64,000 nt of DNA, taken from contig OZ024742.1 of the NCBI GenBank assembly GCA_964016885.1, forward strand, positions 187,364,001 to 187,428,000, read 5' to 3'. A program made the position numbers and the translations under genes. The notes beneath the pieces were generated by a model. It ran no database searches and was not told the DNA's origin. It saw nothing but the letters and a program-made list of their open reading frames with translations. Shown here in pieces: positions 51,651 to 64,000 of the stretch (the first letter of the stretch is position 1; each line of letters starts with the position of its first letter). The stretch is from Eledone cirrhosa. Taxonomy: Eukaryota.

Positions 51651-52308
51651 CATATATATATTCATATACATGCAGAACAAGCTATCTTATAATACATGTA
51701 ATGTTGAAACACGACTGCTTTTCAGTTTCAATTTATTTCTTCAATATATATATTTAAATTCATTCTCCTTCTTTCTGCGTCTGTCTGTCTGTCTCTCTCT
51801 CTTTCACTCTCTTCCTCTCCGCCCCCACACACTCACCACATTCACATATAACCACATTGCGTGGCTATAATTGTGTGTTTATCATACACATTTGCTTAAA
51901 AAAATTATTATAGAACATATTTACAAACATATGCTGCCTTCAGCGATGACAAAAAAATTAAGCATAGTTTTTCCAATTTTTCTTATATTCATACCCTGGT
52001 TCGTTACACATGCCAGCATAGAACGCCTCGAAACATCAGGATTTAAAAAAAACCTTTAACAAAAATATATGGGTGTGAAATCCTTGCGTGAAAATTACTC
52101 AACACATTCCTTATTGGATATTTAAAACACATACACAAACACACACACACACAGAAACACGCATGGACAAATACACATACACTCACGCGCACACACACAC
52201 AAATACGCATACATAAACACATACACACATAAGCATAGACATACAAATACACACACACACATACATACATGTACAATCAAATACTCACACACACACATAA
52301 GTACACGC

Positions 52309-52341
<33 letters not shown>

Positions 52342-52759
52342 GAAATACACACACACCACGCGCGCGCGCACACACAGACATCATGCACGCACACACACTT
52401 AAAAACACACACACATACACACACAGACAAACACACAGACACACACACACAAGTACAAGCACACAGACGCACAGACACACACACACACATAAATACACAA
52501 ACACACACACATACACACATGCACATACGCACATACAAACACACACACACCCATGCATACGCACACGTACATACCCACATACAAACACACACATACACAT
52601 TCACGCACACACACACACATACACACACATACACTATTGTGGAAATGAGGCTAATTTCAAGTATTTTACAAATATATAAATAATGAAATTCTGATACAAA
52701 TTTTAAAAAAAAGGCTCTCAGTGGATCTGATTGTGTTGTAGTGAACTACAGTATCAGGA

Positions 52760-52983
52760 GCATCATCGTCATCACTACCGTACACTCATCATCATCATCA
52801 TCATCATAGTCATCGTCATCATCATCATCATCATGACCATCATCATCATCATCCACCTCTTCCTCGCCATCATCAATATCACGATCATCATCATCATCAT
52901 CATCATCATCTTCACCAACATCATCATCATCATCATCATCGTCTTTGTCGTCATAATCATCGTCACCAACACCATCATCGCCG

Positions 52984-53015
<32 letters not shown>

Positions 53016-53240
53016 GTCATCATCATCATCGTCATCGTCATCATCGCCATCACCATCACCATCATCATCATCATCATCATCCGCATGACCGTCATCATCG
53101 CCATCACAATCGCCATCACAATCGCCATCATCACCATCACAATCATCATCACCATCATCATCATCATCATCATCATCATTACCACCATCATCATCATCAC
53201 CATCTACATCATCACCATCTACATCATCATCATCGCCATC
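52760..53240. repeat. Degenerate (CAT)n microsatellite
   Basis: Read directly. Confidence 0.95.
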
Positions 53241-53334
53241 AACATTGTCCTCTTTCAATTCAAGAGTGTGAGGGTTAATGGCCTAACACCAATCGAAGCA
53301 CACTTTCACATTACAACACTAACAAACTTTAACA

Positions 53335-54220
53335 TTGACACACTGTCACACTGTGTCACATTGCCATAGTGTTACACTTCCACACTGTAACACTGTCACA
53401 CTGTGTCACACTGCCATAATCTTACACTTGTAATCTTACACTGCCATGATCTTACACACTGTCACATCCAGCAATTACACACTGTCATAATATTAACCTT
53501 CCACGCTGTCACCCTGTCACATTGTCACACTGGGTGACACTGCCATCATGTTACACTCCCACACTGACACACAGCCATAATGTTACACGCGCCACGCTGT
53601 CACACTGGGTGACACTGCCATAATGTTACACTGTTACACTGACACACTGCCATAGTGTTACACTTCCACACTGTCACATCCTGCAATTACACACTGTCAT
53701 AATATTAACCTTCCACGCTGTCACACTGTCACACTGCCACTCTGTCATGCTGTCATACTGTCATGGTGTCACACTGTCGTGTTGTCACACTGTCATGCTG
53801 TCACACTGTCACCTTGTCATACTGCTATGCTGTCACACTGTAATGATGTCACACTGACATGCAGCCACACTGTGGCACACTGCCACAGTGTCACACTGTA
53901 ACACTAACACCCTGTAACACTACCGCAATGTCACATTGTAACACTACCACAGTGTCATAGTGTAACACTACCACCCTGTAACACTACCACTGCGTCACAT
54001 TGTAACACTACCACAATATCACAGTGTAACACTACCACACTGTAACACTACCACAGTGTCACAGTGAAACACTGCTATACTGTAGCACTGCCACAGTGTC
54101 ACACAGTAATACTGTCACGATGTCACACAGTAACACTGCCACAATGTCACACAGTAACACTACCACAGTGTCACGCAGTAACACCGCCACAGTGCCACAA
54201 TGTCACACTGTCACACTGCC
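53335..54220. repeat. Degenerate 8-10 bp minisatellite (GTCACACT / GTAACACT / CACTGCCACA)
   Basis: Read directly. Confidence 0.9.
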
Positions 54221-54447
54221 GATCAATAGATCGCAATGAATATCGATCTCTCAGCTGAGCAATTGAACAGCTATTATGACAGTAACACAGCAGTTGATTA
54301 CAATCACAGGTGTAACAAGAGAGGGCGCTGTTAGTGAAAGCTGTGAGATCGGGAATGGATGTGGGGTGGAGAGGGTGGTGTAAAACACGACGACGATCGC
54401 ATTGTTTATAAGGGTGTAGGGGTTTTGCTGACAGGAATTATAATTAA

Positions 54448-54461
54448 GATGACGATGGTGA

Positions 54462-54492
<31 letters not shown>

Positions 54493-54940
54493 GGCGATGA
54501 TGATGGTGATGGCGATGATGATGATGATGATGATGATGGCGATGGCGTTGATGATGATGGCAATGATGATGGTGATGATGATGATGATGATGATGATGAT
54601 GACGGCGATGATGATGATGATGATGGTGATGATGGTGATGGCGATGATGATGATGAATATGATCATGATGACGATGGCGATGACGATGATGATGATGATG
54701 GTGATGATGACGATGATGAGGATGATGAAAAGGTTGAATCTGAAGACGACGACGATGATGACGATGATGATGATGATGATGATGAGGATGATGAAGAAGA
54801 GGAGGAGAATGTTGATGGTGATGATGATGATGATGATGATGATGACGAAGCTGCTGCTGCCTGCTAATGATGATGATGATGATGTTCATGATGATTATGA
54901 TGACGGTGATGATAAAGACGATGACGAATGATGATGACGA
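54448..54940. repeat. Degenerate (GAT)n microsatellite
   Basis: Read directly. Confidence 0.95.
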
Positions 54941-54944
54941 CAAT

Positions 54945-55130
54945 AATAATTGTTTCTACTTTTGGCACAAGGCCAGCAAATACCCAGTACATTACTGGTA
55001 CTTTATTTTATCGACCCCGTAAGGATGAAAGGCAAAGTTAACCTCGGCAGGATTTGAACTCAGAATGGCAAGGGCCGTAACTCTATGCGTCAAAGCATGG
55101 CGTCCGACCCTCTGCCGATACTGCCAATGA
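54945..55130 (-). mobile_element. SINE family 1
   Basis: Reverse-complement match. Confidence 0.88.
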
Positions 55131-55324
55131 CAATTATGATGATAATGGTGAGTGAGGAAGGTGTAAAGCCGGAGCCGAATGAGTATCTGGAATAAGGGTG
55201 GGCTTGATAATATAGTATTCAAAATGTTTTGTTGCAAATATGGTGGTGGTGTTGCAGTGTAGTGTAATATAAATATTGTTGCGAATGGGATACGTTATTG
55301 TCGCATTGAACTTAATTGTTGTTT

Positions 55325-55610
55325 GACAGGAAGGACAACACCTGGAATTGACAGCAGACTGGAGTGAATGACATCATCGAGTCCACCACAAAGGACAAAC
55401 ATAGGTGGGATGGTCACGTCTCTAATCTCAGAGTGACAACAGGGGGACTATTAGAGTGACAGAGGGGACACTAAAGCAGTGGAGAAGAACTAGAGGGTGG
55501 TTAAAGGCTTGCGGGAACGAAGCTCTAACCCGATACCTTAGCCCCATGTGACCCAGTATGGCCAGAGATAGGAAGTGGCGGAGGTCAACAAGGGATGGCT
55601 TTTCTCGAAC
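55325..55610 (+). mobile_element. Decayed 3' fragment of an RTE-type LINE
   Basis: Translation DRKDNTW..QQTGVNDII....KDKHRWDGHV...DNR.T.RVTE...RRTRG. Confidence 0.65.
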
Positions 55611-56439
55611 AGGATTGAGAAGGTCCTGGATTTGCATATAGAATTTTTGGTTGTTTAGCTCCAGGTCGGCCCTACTTCAGCAAGTAATAATGAATCTCGG
55701 ATTAAACTATTCCTGTATAACATTTGTTAGGAGGATAATGTGTGATATAAAGGAAATTTTACTGGTATTTCTAGCAGGTGAAATACGAACACATAATATA
55801 TCTTTCGTTGGCTGGAGTCTACTGGAGGACGATGTCAGATCCTCCGTCGGTTTCGACGATGAGCATTCAGTTTTTCGATTAACTGAATAACCAGCTCTTG
55901 AATTAACGTGTAACTGTTTGAATATTCTACAGGCACTTGCAGCATTTAAGTCGAATCAGTGTTGTACTACTTGGGACAAACCTGAACCTTTTATTTACAG
56001 ATAAATTATATCTTGTATTTTAGTTTAAACGGTTGAGTATTCCATATACACTTTATAAACCTTTAAGGTAATTTTCAGGCAGAACCAGCATGTTACTATA
56101 TGTAACAATGTTGGATATTTGAATGGCAGGTGCCTTACGTCTTTTAGCGCAGTCTAAGTAGCTGAATATTCCACAGATACATATACCCCTGATGTAATTC
56201 CTAGCGTGAATCAGTGAGACACAATTTGTGATGGGGTTGGAACTTAAATCCAAGGGCTTCGGTTGGCCGTAGCTATGGTAAATGACTCATGCCTAAGATG
56301 CCTCCTCGCAATGGTATTGAACAGTCAACCTCATGATTACCATGCAAGCTTCTAAACAAAACGACAACGACACTACCACTACTAGCCAACGAGAAAACAG
56401 CAAACCAATCACCCTCATGCCATACACCCTAGCTTACCC

Positions 56440-57745
56440 TACACCACTACCTCCACCATTACCACCACCTTCATAATTACCGTCACCACCACTACCTCAC
56501 CACCTCCATCATCAGCGCCAACGCTACCAGTCTCCTCCACCGCCACCACCACTACCACCTTACCACCACCAGTACTATCACTACAAACCATAACAATCAG
56601 GACGACGACGACGATCACCACCACCACAACACCCACCACCACCAGCATCACCATCATCACCACCTCCCCGAGATCAACATTATCAGCAACACTATCACCA
56701 CAAACCATCACAAACACCATCACCATCACACCCGCCTTTTGACTTTGCCTTTCATCCTTACGGGGTCGATAAAATAAAGTACCAGTAATGCACTGGGTAA
56801 TTGCTGGCCTTGTGCCTAAAGTAGAAACAAGTATTATCGCCGACACTATCACTACAAACCAGCAACCATCACTACCACCATCACTACCATCACCGTCACC
56901 ACCATCATCACTCTCAACACAACCACCACCACACTTTACACTCCCACCAGCACTATCACTACAAATCACCATCACCGCCGCCCCACCACATATGCATCCC
57001 CACCAACACTATCACTCACGACAAACCACCACAACCATCACCATCAGCATCACCACCATCACCACCGACACAACCACCTCCACCTTTCCACACCCACCAA
57101 CGCTATCACTACAAACCATCGCCACCACCATCACGCCCCCTCCCCCCACATACATACTCACCACACATGCAACCCCTCCCAACACTATCTCTACAAACCA
57201 CAGCCACCACAGCCAGCACCGCCACCACCACCGCCACCACCACCGCTACCACCATCACCAACACCACCACCACCACCACTATCACTACAAACCAAAGCCA
57301 GCACCGCCACCACCACCACCACCACCACCCCACCTCCACCGCCACCACCATCACCAACACCACCACCACCACCACCACCTATGCATCCCTCCCAACACTA
57401 TCACTACAAACCACAGCCAGCACCGCCACCACCATCACCGCCACCACCCCGCCTCCACCGCCACCACCCCGCCTCCACCGCCACCACCACCACCACCACC
57501 ACCTATGCACCCCACCAACACTGTGATGGTGTGTCGGGAGTGGCTCTAAGTGAAAGCTGTGGTTGTTGCTGCTGCAACTGAAGCTGCTGCCAACTGCTGC
57601 TGCCTTACGTTGCTTTATGTAAAGTTGCTGCTGCTACCGCTACTGTTGCTGTTGCTGATGTTAATACTGCTGCTGCTTGGGTTGCTGATGTTGCTGTTGA
57701 TGTTGGCACTGCTGTTGTTGTTGTTGTTGGTATTGTTACTGCTTC
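56440..57745. repeat. (ACC)-rich tract with a recurring ATGCA.CCC.CC.AACACTATCACTACAAACC unit, followed by (TGC/TGT)n
   Basis: Read directly; units near 56992, 57167, 57381 and 57504. Confidence 0.85.
56740..56836 (+). mobile_element. 5'-truncated SINE family 1
   Basis: Matches the 3' half of 47106-47297. Confidence 0.85.
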
Positions 57746-57999
57746 GTGTAAAGGGCAGCGGCGACGGTGTCTTGTAGAGAAAGCCAATAAGAAGCCAGCA
57801 GTCAGTGCACACATACTGCACTGGGAATAACTCTTACCTACACATTTTCTACCGCACACAGTACTACAGCCATTCGGTCTGTCTGTCTGTATGTCTGCCA
57901 GCCTGTCTGTCTGTCTCTCTCTCTCTAGAAGGCCTGTCCGCCCCGCCGGTCAGCCTAAATACGTAATGTGGAAATAAGAAAGTACCAAGACTTGCTCTC

Positions 58000-58144
<145 letters not shown>

Positions 58145-58523
58145 ACTTACCTTAAGACAATACCAACAAGAAGAAGAATAAAACATTAAGAAGATAAGTC
58201 AAAGACACATATAGAAAGAAACAAAGGAAAACTATGATTAAAAGGAAAATATCTATATTTATAAAACATTACTTAAAAAGAAAAGAAGAAATTTCTTAGA
58301 ATATAAAAATATAGGACAGAATGATCAAAGAATCATATGACATATTTTGCATAAATTTGAATAATATCAATGTGTATATTTAATATATTTAATATGAGAA
58401 ATACTTAGTTGTCTTGGAATTGTTTGTACATAGTAGATTACTCCAAAAATTGTACAGCACGAAAAATATATACATATATACACATATACTAGGCAACAGG
58501 TAGTGATATATAAACATCAGATT

Positions 58524-58560
<37 letters not shown>

Positions 58561-58587
58561 ATATATATATATTTATATATCTATATA

Positions 58588-58635
<48 letters not shown>

Positions 58636-58895
58636 CATTTATAAATAAATATATATATATATATATATGTGTAGATATACATAAATATATATATAGGTTT
58701 AAGATACATATCTAAGATATTAACAAGGCTAAAAGCCAATGATTAAAATCAATGAAAAAATAATATTGAAAAAGGAAACTTTCTGACGCTCGGACGTATA
58801 TTGGAGAATGATCACATGTTGATTGGACGTAAACTGTTTACAAGAGAGACTACAGAGGCTGATATAGAAAGCTATATACATACACACGCACACAC

Positions 58896-58973
<78 letters not shown>

Positions 58974-59152
58974 TATATATAGATATATATGAATGTATGT
59001 AAGTGTAGTATCGAGGTAATTGGCTGGCTCAATGCCTCACTGTGATCAGAGCTTTCATCGAAGTTGGGAGACCAAGTACATACATTACGTTACGAGATAC
59101 GTATAAACATATATGGTTATATGAATAGATAACTTTGCATAACTATAACTAT

Positions 59153-59212
<60 letters not shown>

Positions 59213-59758
59213 CTATCTATCTATCTATCTATATATCTATATATATATATATATATATATATACACCTATCAATCTCTCTATATATAATGGTCCGCCAGT
59301 ATAAAAGTTATAGTATATAAAATGCAAGAAGAAAGTAAAAAAAGTTTTGAAAAATATACATTTTAAAAAGGCTTTTATAAAAACAAAAGCAATTGAAATC
59401 TGTTCAAATGATATCCATATCAATATATAGAAAATAAAAGAAAGAATAGTATAAAATATATCTACACAAGATAAAAGGCACAACAAAAAGCAAATATTGC
59501 AGTTTGTCTACACTAGCGAGTTTTATTTATTGAAGTACAAACCAAAACTACGCTTGTACTCTATCTTACTGGATGCACACACATATTTCGTCTGAACCTG
59601 GAATTACGAAGGGTGTTGTAAGGCAAACTTTCAAATGTACTCAACTTAAGCAGAAGGTAGGACAATCTTATTATTTCATTGCTATGTATGTTTGTATGTA
59701 TGTATGAATGTATGAATGTATGTATGAATGAATGAATGTGTGTATATATGAATGTATG

Positions 59759-59805
<47 letters not shown>

Positions 59806-60577
59806 GTGCGTGTGTGTCTGTTTTTATATATCAATTTTATTTTATGAAAAAAAGTGTAGATATTATTTACATGTAATGAATAAATATATACATGCACATA
59901 ATATATGTGTGTGTGTGTGTGTGTGTGTGTTTGTGTGTGTGTGTATGTGTGTGTGTGTTTATGTATATATGTGTTTGTGTGTTTGATACTGTTTGTGCGT
60001 GTGTACGTATGAACATTACCTGTTTTTCCGTACATACCTGTTATTCTTAACGATATCTAAGCGAGACGAGCCACACACCTTACCTCTCATATCTACACGG
60101 TCTATCTCGTTCGATATAGAATAAAGGCTATGAAGATAACAAGGTGAAATAAGCCGAACATATGTCATATGTCACATCACTTCATCATATGTTTGTCACA
60201 TGTTCCAGTAAGCACAACTGTCTAACAGATATAAACAAAAACCAAAAAAAAAAAAAGCTACTAAAACATAAACAATATATAGCAATGTGCATGTGCGGCT
60301 GAATCGGAAAGCTTTCGTTGATATGTATAACGATATATACCGTGTGTTTAAATGTTTGTATGTGAAGAAGACATAGCGATATAGTAAATATACACGATTA
60401 AATCTCTCTGTATGATATGTATAAATATATGTTTACAAACCCACACGCATTCGGATATAAACACGCAAATGCATATATAGACGCTCACTCACTCATATAC
60501 AATATATAGTAAACATTTAGCACTAGCATTAAACACACACACACATATATACGTATATATATATATATGCATGTATG

Positions 60578-60647
<70 letters not shown>

Positions 60648-60669
60648 CACGCAAACACACACACACACA

Positions 60670-60713
<44 letters not shown>

Positions 60714-60750
60714 AATAAATATATATAAATAAATATATATATATATACAT

Positions 60751-60808
<58 letters not shown>

Positions 60809-60855
60809 AATACATATATATATATATACAAATACATATATATATAAATAAATAT

Positions 60856-60921
<66 letters not shown>

Positions 60922-61129
60922 CATATATATTTATACATATATACATACATGCATATATGTGTGTTTATGTATTTGTGTGTATGTGTGCGTGTGGTGTGTG
61001 GGTACACACACATTTGCGTTTATATACGTGTACGTTTCAAATGTTTAGTCAACGATATATAATGAAACACCCTTAAGAAGATAGCTATCATTCTCAGTGC
61101 TTTCTTATATTAACAATACTTTTAAGTAC

Positions 61130-61485
61130 TGGTCGCAACATGTCGGAAAGGTTAAGAAGCTCGCTTCGCAATCATTAGGTCCTTTGTTCGAACTCTACTA
61201 CCTTGGCCTCCCGGTCAAGTATCATTTACCATAGGTTCGAGTCAACCTATGCCATCTGAGTGAAATGGAGTAGAGGGAACCCTGATTGAACCCTGTTGAA
61301 TAGGCTGTGCCTGTCATTTAAAGGGCCAAACTTGTGGCAGACACAGTCAAACTGAATCTCCCCGAAAACTTTGTTAAGGGGTACACATGTATGTGGAACT
61401 CTCAGCCACATATATGATAATTTCATGGGATGGCTGGTCCATTGATCGGACTCAAGGAATACTCGTCGAAAGCGATGGAGCTCCA
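61130..61485 (+). mobile_element. SINE-like repeat, family 3 (fragments at 660-790 +, 45057-45290 -, 55840-55945 -, 56240-56357 -)
   Basis: tRNA-like head (GGTTAAGAAGCTCGCTT...GTTCGAAC) and a shared 3' part ...AAGGGTACAC.TG...TGATC.GA...CTCGTCGAAA.CGA.GGAG in several copies. Confidence 0.6.
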
Positions 61486-62222
61486 TTTTTTCATAATTTT
61501 AAGTACCATATCCTTTGATAACGCACTCTTGTCATGAATATATTAATGCTCTTTGTGTTAATAACAAGAGCAGCTTAGAGGCGTCAATCATGTATTAATG
61601 TATTCATAAAAGTACATACTCATATACAAACAAAACACACAGGTAAACCGATGGATTCACACGCACATATGCATTAGTTCCTATATTTTTATATGTATAT
61701 CTATTCATCTATTGATAACATATATAAGTACGTTCATTCGTATGTATGTAAGTATGTATGTATGTATGTAAGTAAGTATGTATGTATATATGTATGTAAG
61801 TAAGTATGTATGTATGTATATATGTATGTAAGTATATATGTATGTATATATGTATGTATGTGTTTCTATGTGTGTATGTATGTATCTACCTATCCCTGTT
61901 TATATATATATATATATATGTGTATATATATGTATATATACTTTCACAATTAAACGCATACTCATTACATTAATGTATGTGCACATTTGTGCGCGTGTAT
62001 GAGAGTATTCATATATATGTGTATATATATATTTATACACCAATCTCTCTATATATATATATATATATACATATATTGATATATATATACATATATATAT
62101 ATATATACATATGCATATACATATGTATATATATAGATATATATAACGAAGGAAATGTGGTAAGGAACCAAATGGGCCATAACGCACCAAAGTACTCAAC
62201 ACTTAGGGTAGTAGAGTGGGTA

Positions 62223-62333
62223 ATAGGAACGAGTAGGACCCCAACGGCTGAACTCTAGCCGTTTCGACGGCTAATTCTGTCCAGAATTAGCCGTCGAAAC
62301 GGCTTGAGTTCAGCCGTCGGGGTCCTACTCGTT

Positions 62334-62338
<5 letters not shown>
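62223..62338. repeat. Palindrome with 57-bp arms, 2-nt loop, 2 mismatches
   Basis: Read directly; sits in a GC-richer island between (TA)n tracts. Confidence 0.95.
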
Positions 62339-62371
<33 letters not shown>

Positions 62372-62758
62372 AACGTTCCTATATATATATGTGTGCATTC
62401 CTTCACACACTTAGTATTTTCTGGCATGGAGGCGATGCAATAAGAGATATGTAGAAAAGATAAGAGAAAGCATTACTATGGAATATATAGCGACATTTCA
62501 TGAAAACCCTGCCAATGCTATTGAAACAAGTTTCACTACAGATGAACATGCATCGATTTCTCTACAACTTATAGTAATAATATATATTATATGTGTAAAA
62601 GTTCGTAATTCATTTTTTAGTATTTATCAATGTCAACTTTACATGGCTTACTACTTAAAAGAAATGAAAGTTAGAATAAATGGAAATACATAGAAAAACA
62701 CACGTTTATATATGTATACACACACAAACACACACACATACACACACACACACACATT

Positions 62759-62798
<40 letters not shown>

Positions 62799-64000
62799 AA
62801 TGTATCTGTGTGTGTGATGATGAAAGAAAGTTTTAGTATAAGTCGTAAATAACCGGGCAGTCCTACATTTATGTTCCAAATGTTATTTATTGAAATTTTA
62901 GTCATACATTATGAAATTATAAATGCATTAAACAAAAGTTTAAAAAATATAACCATGGGTGATCACACACAAATAAGTGGATGTTAAAATATTATCTACA
63001 AACCTTGCTTTAAAAATGCATTGACTGCCCCGTTACTTATGGCTCATGCTGTATATTATGTAAGCTTCTGAGTCATTTTCATATATATCTAAGAAACCTA
63101 GGGTATGGACTAAAATACAATATTCTGACTATAACTTACATAATAGCATAATATCTCTAACTATATCTATCTCACAGCTTCTCCCTATATATATCCCGAA
63201 TAGAATTGTTGGGGGGGGGGGGTGACCACAGTAAATAATGTATGTATATATATATATATTTGGAGAGAGACTGTGTATATATACATGAGTATGTATAGAG
63301 ATTGAGCCTAGAAGGAGCAATTTCAGTTGGTCACGCAATGGTTCTATATTCCAATATTATTCTACCTAGTTGTCTTCTGTTAAATGTCGCAGGTGATTTA
63401 CAAATAATACATGTCGCAACACCCATTCACCAACATGCATTCAATAGTATGCATTCACAACCATGAATCAAACAACGTGCATTCAGCAGCACGTATTCTT
63501 TATTATTATGGAATATTTTGTGCGCCCGTAATATGGATATTGTTTAGGCAACACTATCGTACTGCTAAATATTATCTTTGCAAATGGGACGCCGAGATGC
63601 GTAATTTAATGTAATATATGTATGTATGTATGTACATGTGTATGTATGTATATTTGTATGTGTGCATGTATGTACATGTGTATGTATGTTTGTATGTGTG
63701 AATGTATGTACGTACAGGTGTATGTACGTGTATGTATGTTTGTAAGTACATGTGTATGTATGTATGTTTGTATGTGTGAATGTATGTAATTACATGTGTA
63801 TGTATGTATATTTGTATGTGTGAATGTATGTACGTACATGTGTATGTATGTATGCATGTTTGTATGTGTGTATGTATGTTTGAATGTATGTATGTGTGAA
63901 TGTATGTATGTATGTGCGTGTGCGTGTATGTATGTGCGCATGTATATTTGAGTATATATGTATGTGTATATATATATATATATATATATGGTATCTCCCT

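Noticed and set aside
53335-54220. CRISPR-like array
   Set aside because: Short degenerate units with no unique spacers and no cas genes, in a eukaryotic context.
52731-54943. Poly-Asp, poly-Ile, poly-Met and poly-His ORFs
   Set aside because: Open in several frames on both strands of (CAT)n/(GAT)n, with no domain or splice support.
56439-57859. Pro/Thr/His-rich ORFs resembling mucin or extensin
   Set aside because: Derived from ACC-rich simple repeats and partly from a SINE; no exon evidence.

Overview
AT-rich, microsatellite-saturated eukaryotic (animal) DNA. The repeat families and (TA)n/(CA)n density suggest a cephalopod such as octopus, but that is inference. I found no host protein-coding exon; almost all short ORFs are microsatellite or antisense artefacts. 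The window is dominated by retroelements. (1) 4.3-22.7 kb holds five R4/Dong-type non-LTR retrotransposons (RT + CCHC + restriction-like endonuclease) from two divergent families, chained through (TAA)n tracts and pointing outward from a central SINE; two are young, near-identical 1130-aa copies in opposite orientation. (2) Two Penelope-like elements (RT + GIY-YIG) are head-to-head fold-back insertions in (TA)n with matching asymmetric ends and minimal hammerhead-ribozyme motifs; smaller hairpin elements repeat this architecture. (3) There are many tRNA-derived SINEs of at least three families, RTE/CRE/Tx1-like LINE fragments, a foldback DNA element and simple repeats. Alignments were done by eye, so boundaries are approximate.
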